Assembly: GCA_964035545.1 (NCBI GenBank)
Contig: OZ037768.1
Span: forward strand, 3,194,741 to 3,258,740
Length of the DNA: 64,000 bases
Direction of reading: 5' to 3'
Origin: Bugula neritina
Lineage: Eukaryota > Animalia > Bryozoa
Below are positions 59,201 through 64,000 of this stretch, piece by piece. Below the pieces are notes generated by a model that was not told the origin of the DNA, ran no database searches, and saw only the letters and a list, made by a program, of their open reading frames with translations. Positions within the stretch are counted from its first letter, which is position 1. Every line of letters starts with the position of its first letter. Both the position numbers and the translations under genes were made by a program.

Positions 59201-60639
59201 AAGAATTTTGTCAACTAAACATCACCAACTGGGAATCCTTTAAAACCAATATATTGGTTTCAAAGGATTCCCAGTTGGTGATGTTTAGTTGACAAAATTC
59301 TTTCAATTTGTACTCAAATCATATCTAGACATTGTAGAGAGATGGTTGATTGTGGTCAAATTGCAGAATTGCTCTAGTAATTTTTACTGGTCAGAAATGT
59401 TTCTCTCGCACTCTACTACTACTAATACTACTACTAATACCATGCATGTTAAGCTGTTGTGTTGAAATAGAAGTAATAATGATATCTGCATATGCTGCAT
59501 CAAGTTCAGGTCATAAGAAGGTTTTTAGTTCATTTATCTAAATGTTATGCATGACAGGTTTAAAATATTAGCCTTGGCTCTTTTACAGTTTACGTTCCAA
59601 ACTACTATGTGGGACAGGTTTAAGATAATGTCTACAATGAGTGACTCAAGTATCCAGAACTTGGCACAGCTTACGGGTCACCTGATAGTAGAACAGACAC
59701 TTCCTCTAGCTGTACTGAAGGTGAGTCTGTGACATTTTCTAGCAGTATTTGAAGTACGACTTGGCAGAGTTGTGCTACTCCGCATACGCCATAGCTCCTA
59801 GAACCAAGTCTTCCAAGTTACTTGAGAAATTAGTTAAAATCTATTTGAGGCTTAACTTAAATATCTACATTACTGGGGTGTGATTTGTTACGTATTTTTA
59901 TTCATAATGCTTCTTTAATACAGCCAAGTATAGGCACAAGAAATTGAGCGTTATATGACAGTGATTGGTAATAAGAGTATGCGATGGAGTGCCATGACAG
60001 AAACACTCACAGCTCAGCAGCTGCTTGGTTTGAGCTGTGCGTATGTTTAGAACAGGAGATATACCGGAACCACCATGAAACATTGTATAATGTAGTTTGT
60101 TGATCATTCAAATTTTGATAAATTGTTGTAGAATTTAGAATTTGGAGAATTGGACAAGTCACTAGTTAAGTTCTTAAAAGCCCTCTTACTCAGGATATTC
60201 AAATCAGACAAGAAGACCATCCTGGATATATTTTTCAAGGTTTGATTTCGTATAATATAGCCCAAGTTTTCAACGCGCGACCAATAATTTTGTTGAGTGG
60301 GCCATGCAGCTTTGAATGTTTTCCCTTCGAAAACTTCAACTTTAAGCAGGAAATTAAAGAAAGTGGTGAATTACTATTACTGGAAATATTTAAAATTTTC
60401 AAGATATACTCCAACATGGGAGTAACATATTAATCATTATTTTTTATCGAAAGACATTTTAATTTTAGATTGGGTCGAGTGGCAGCAAATTGAAGCCCGT
60501 GAAAGAAGGTTTGGAGCTGTTTATGCACCATTTCTTGTTGCGAAAGTGCAAGAACGAGAAGGAGCGAACCCGGCTGGAAATGTGTGTAGCTGCTGCCGAG
60601 AATGGACTGAGTTTGAACAAAGATGCTGCCATGTTCTGA
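53282..60639 (+). CDS. NOM1: Nucleolar MIF4G domain-containing protein 1 (Sgd1 homolog; MIF4G plus MA3/MI domains); 16 coding exons
   Basis: Exons 53282-53518, 53599-53730, 54341-54515, 54813-55298, 55446 or 55449-55492, 55995-56173, 56277-56476, 56565-56686, 57001-57094, 57202-57307, 57649-57773, 58058-58314, 58529-58693, 59589-59720, 60132-60239, 60469-60639. Motifs GLDYIL, EDIYGR, YVPPARR, LKGQLNRLSEHN, RVKFMLE, KGKWWVVGSAW, LARKQRMNTDTRRNIFC, DAFEKLLKL, QEREII, YNAYY and WDRFK. Confidence 0.95.
54516..54812 (+). other. Putative U12-type (minor spliceosome) GT-AG intron in NOM1
   Basis: 5' site GTATCTTTT; branch-like TATCTTAAC at 54794-54802, about 10 nt before the AG; no polypyrimidine tract; splicing restores GLD-Y-ILD. 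Confidence 0.75.
54955..55185 (+). repeat. Coding 21-bp acidic repeat (ESGDED[IVM]) about 10 copies in NOM1
   Basis: GAATCAGGTGATGAGGATATA units; ORF 54953..55351. Confidence 0.9.
57343..57472. repeat. 22-bp minisatellite (TTATAGACAGTATCTCACTGTR), about 5.5 copies, in a NOM1 intron
   Basis: Direct inspection. Confidence 0.9.
58326..58475. repeat. Degenerate 17-bp repeat of GTAACCATGGTAAC-type near-palindromes in a NOM1 intron
   Basis: GTAACCATGGTAAC 58330-58343, GTAGCCATAGCAAC 58357-58370, GTAACTATAGTAAC 58442-58455, plus further degenerate copies. Confidence 0.75.
59006..59406. repeat. Long spacerless palindrome (155-bp arms) with a 92-bp tandem duplication in the left arm
   Basis: Symmetry centre at 59251/59252 (AAACCAATAT ATTGGTTT); ends AGAGAAACATTTCTG / CAGAAATGTTTCTCT; 59074-59165 is repeated at 59166-59257. 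Confidence 0.95.
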
Positions 60640-61437
60640 TTGGTCTAGAGATGTGCTGACAGGGTGTAGCTTTGCACAATTGGAGAAGAGGGAGATTTAA
60701 AGATCTTCTGCTCGATCATGGATTCTATTTAGCAGTCTTTTCACTAAAATATATTCTACATCATAGGAAACCAAGTATTTTGTAAAAGGTATCACTGGAC
60801 TTGAGGTAAAGCCTTCATATGGCGCTTCTCTCTAAGATCATGAAAAATATTCTGATTATAATCTGTGCTAGATGCACTCAAGTAAGTCTCTGGTTTCTTG
60901 TTATACAGTTAATGCTGAAATTGTATACAACTGATAGATAATACAACTGTGTATATACATGATAAAAATGAGTTTTATTGTCAACATAGTGCTATCTACA
61001 AAATGAAACCTTTATATTATTTGGTAATACTAATATTTATAAAATTACGCCTATATATGTATACAATATATAAAATATGGAAGTGATAGCGTATATTCAT
61101 AATTTCTTGCATGAAGAAAAGTTCTCAACAGTAGCTCTATATACTTGAAGATAGGTCCACATGGAAACAATAGTGTGCTCAAAGGGTGAAAGCTACCACA
61201 TGCGTTTATAAAATAGTCTGATGGGAATTGTTGATTTAAATATGATGAGAATTTTTGTGTCTGTAAGATTACATGGCTAATTCAGTCAAAGAAATTCTAA
61301 GTTTTATAAGCATGCAGTCAGATGGATATAATATAAAGTACATGGATAGCACAGAACGTAAATAGGCAGAGGTATATTACATAGTAATAATTACAAGTAC
61401 AAGCATCAAGTGGCTAAATGGGAAGTATGTCACTGCA

Positions 61438-63779
61438 TCAGTTGCTACTGGAGGTAGCACTAAACTGGACGCTGTACTGAGTTGGTTCCATCCGTAGAAT
61501 ATACGGTATTATACTGTCAATCTGCACATTGCCTATGAGACCAGCAAAGAACAGTTCTTCCATAATCTGGGGTGAGATCAGCCGTAGACTGGGTAGTCTG
61601 AGTAGCAGACTAGCGAATCTTGGACTAGAGCTTGAGTTTCTCGTGCAGTAATCATTCAGCTCAACGAGGGCTTTCTCCTGGTATCTTGCGAGGTTTGAGG
61701 TGCTACTCATCGTACCAACATGATCTAAACATTCAAAGATAATTATAGCTGCTAAATTCTAATAGAAAACTTTGTGTAAAAAAGCTCAAAGGTTATAAGA
61801 CACTTTCTTGCGCATCTGAGGAAAGAAAACACCGATGTTACACTAAAGTGCAATTCACCCAACACACAGTATATGCAAGATGAAACCCGTGTGACTAAAG
61901 ACTGAAACCTCAGAGCCTAGTGTCTTAAGCTAGATACACAGTTTCTACACCCCAGTTTTACAAGTTACAAGCTGTTAGAAGTACCACAAATGACTCACCA
62001 GTGGAGAAAAGCACGAGAGCTCTGAGGTAGGCATATTCTACATTATCTACGTTTAGTTTGTGCAGTCTTTCAATCAGCTCTTGCAGACACATTATGTGGT
62101 CCACAACTCCCTTCACTCTGTCAGCATTTAACTTTGCTGTAAAACAAAAAGAAGCCATTTACATAATACACCAACCCTCCCCCTCCAGTCGCTAGTAAAA
62201 AACAATAAAGCCTCACCAGCATTTCAAATGCAGTAACACACCCAGTCAACACTGATTGCATTACAGAAGACCTAAAGCTACTGCTATATGCATATGAATC
62301 CAAATTTATGTTGATACACATTCTACATACTTGAAGTGACAAATGAAACATGGCATACCTTCAGCGACACTGTTCTGCAGGTGATTTATAATGGCCGTCA
62401 GTATAGTAAAGAGGGAGAGAGTGTCGGCGTGCTGTGCCAAGCCCAACACAAACAGCTCACACCAACAACTTCTCACTAGATTAGTTTGCAGCTCAGTGCT
62501 GTAAAGAAATGAGTACAATTGGACAGACAATTCCACGAGTAACACTACTTCAACCCCGGTTTAATTGATAAATAGGGTTTAAAATAACAGAATATCTAAA
62601 CTTCCCCATTTAAAACTGAAACTAAAGAAATGGAAGTTGTCTAATCTTTCTTTGTTACCAGACTGTTTGCAATGCTTTCATTGGCCGACAGTGTGGAGTG
62701 AGACAAGCTAGAAGGGAGAGTACCTGAGAAGAGAGAAGGCGGACACGCCCTGTGCCCAGTTCAGAGCCAGGAAGAGGAGCCTAGAAGCGCTCTCAGATAT
62801 AAAGTTGACGTTGAGATAAGCCGGGAGAGGGGATATGGCAGTCAGAACAAACTGGTGATTCTGATCAGTCAACAGCCGCTCTGTAAACAGATGCCAACAC
62901 ATAATTACACGCACAAAGAAATGGGGTATTACCCTACAATAACTCTCTAAACACTTGGCAAGGTGGCTACATTGAGAGTAAGTGAGATTGTACATGAGTG
63001 AATGTATGGCTACATGGTAGAGTATAGAGGTAAACCTACCCTCAATATGGTAGGATCCAGTATTACCAGCATTACACGGGTTCTGAGTTGAAGATACAGA
63101 CAGATTATTGATATTAGAGCTCTCCACTAACCCTCCACTGGCGTCACTGGTGTTCATGGCCTTCGTCAAACTACAATACAAATGCCGTGTGCACTTATGA
63201 AACATGCCAAAAAAACTCAGATAATAAGGTTTGTAAGTTTTCAAAATGTTGAAAATTAAACTTTTTTCTGCCAATATAATTTCCCAGAAGTATTTTTATC
63301 TATCGTATTGCTTGGTGCTAGGAGCATCTATATATCATATATTATATAATCTAGTAATCTTACAGCTAATGAAAGAATGATAAACCAGACAATAGCCTTA
63401 GCACCCACCTGTCCAGAGCCTTGGCTATGTTCTCCTGGCTGTCAAGGCTGTGATTAGTGGCCGTGCTCTTACTCATAGTGTCAGCATTATCAGGGTGCTG
63501 CTCGGACACATTCTCTCGACTATTGGCAATAGCGGCTGACGTCTCCGTCTTATCCCCCATGGTGGCAGCCAAGTCCGCCAGAGTTCTGAGATCCGTATTG
63601 CTGGAGATGGAAGACGTTATAACGCTGAAACCAGAATCTGTCTTCACCAATCTCTCCTGTAAGTTGGCGAGCAGACCGTCGGCCATCTTGGAACTTTGCT
63701 GCTGCGGCGTTTGCGGCTGGGAGTTGTGAGATTGTGCAGCGAGCGACTGTATGTCTTCCATAGTAATATTTTCAGACGG
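61438..63779 (-). CDS. NR2C2: Nuclear receptor subfamily 2 group C (TR2/TR4, Hr78-like): hinge and ligand-binding domain exons; the 5' part (DNA-binding domain) lies beyond the window
   Basis: Exons 63779-63409, 63170-63040, 62880-62724, 62498-62359, 62136-61999, 61724-61438. Motifs DLRTLA, YLNVNFISESASRLLFL, LVRSCWCELFVLGLAQ, EYAYLRALVLFS and LLRLPSLRL...EELFFAGLIGNVQIDSIIPYILRME. Invertebrate co-ortholog of NR2C1/NR2C2. Confidence 0.92.
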
Positions 63780-64000
63780 CTGCAACACACACAGCATGTG
63801 CACACAACTCTAACAGACACAATAATACACAAGAAACTGAACTAATATATCAACATTTTACTACAAATAAATAATAGTATTCCTACTATATTAGAAATAC
63901 AAATAAATTACCATCTATATAATTGCAGTGGAAGGACTAGTCAAAACATTCTAAAGTAACATGCAATAGTTATTAGTGATGGGTTATGAAAAGCATCATG

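Overview
AT-rich, intron-rich eukaryotic (invertebrate animal) genomic DNA; a lophotrochozoan origin is plausible but is inference only. I assembled nine spliced protein-coding genes by hand from GT-AG junctions and reading-frame continuity: PRRC1 (+), a RING/TRAF-type zinc-finger protein with a long repetitive tail (-), POLR3G/RPC7 (+), RIBC/RIB43A (-), alanine aminotransferase GPT (+), a Shaker-family Kv channel (+), an APCDD1-like protein (-), NOM1 (+) and the 3' half of an NR2C (TR2/TR4) nuclear receptor (-). Most sit in head-to-head pairs. There are no prokaryotic-type systems, CRISPR arrays or intact transposase/RT ORFs. The most striking unexplained signal is a set of degenerate, roughly 6-bp-periodic tracts (an AGT/ACT/ANT triplet every sixth base) that by eye occur only around the four divergent 5'-end regions. 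Other points of interest: a likely U12 (minor spliceosome) intron in NOM1, a Kv S4 segment missing one charged triplet, a spacerless palindrome with 155-bp arms in a NOM1 intron, tandem duplications across splice acceptors, hairpin-unit minisatellites, RFX X-box motifs and a tRNA-derived SINE. All calls are by eye and no searches were run.
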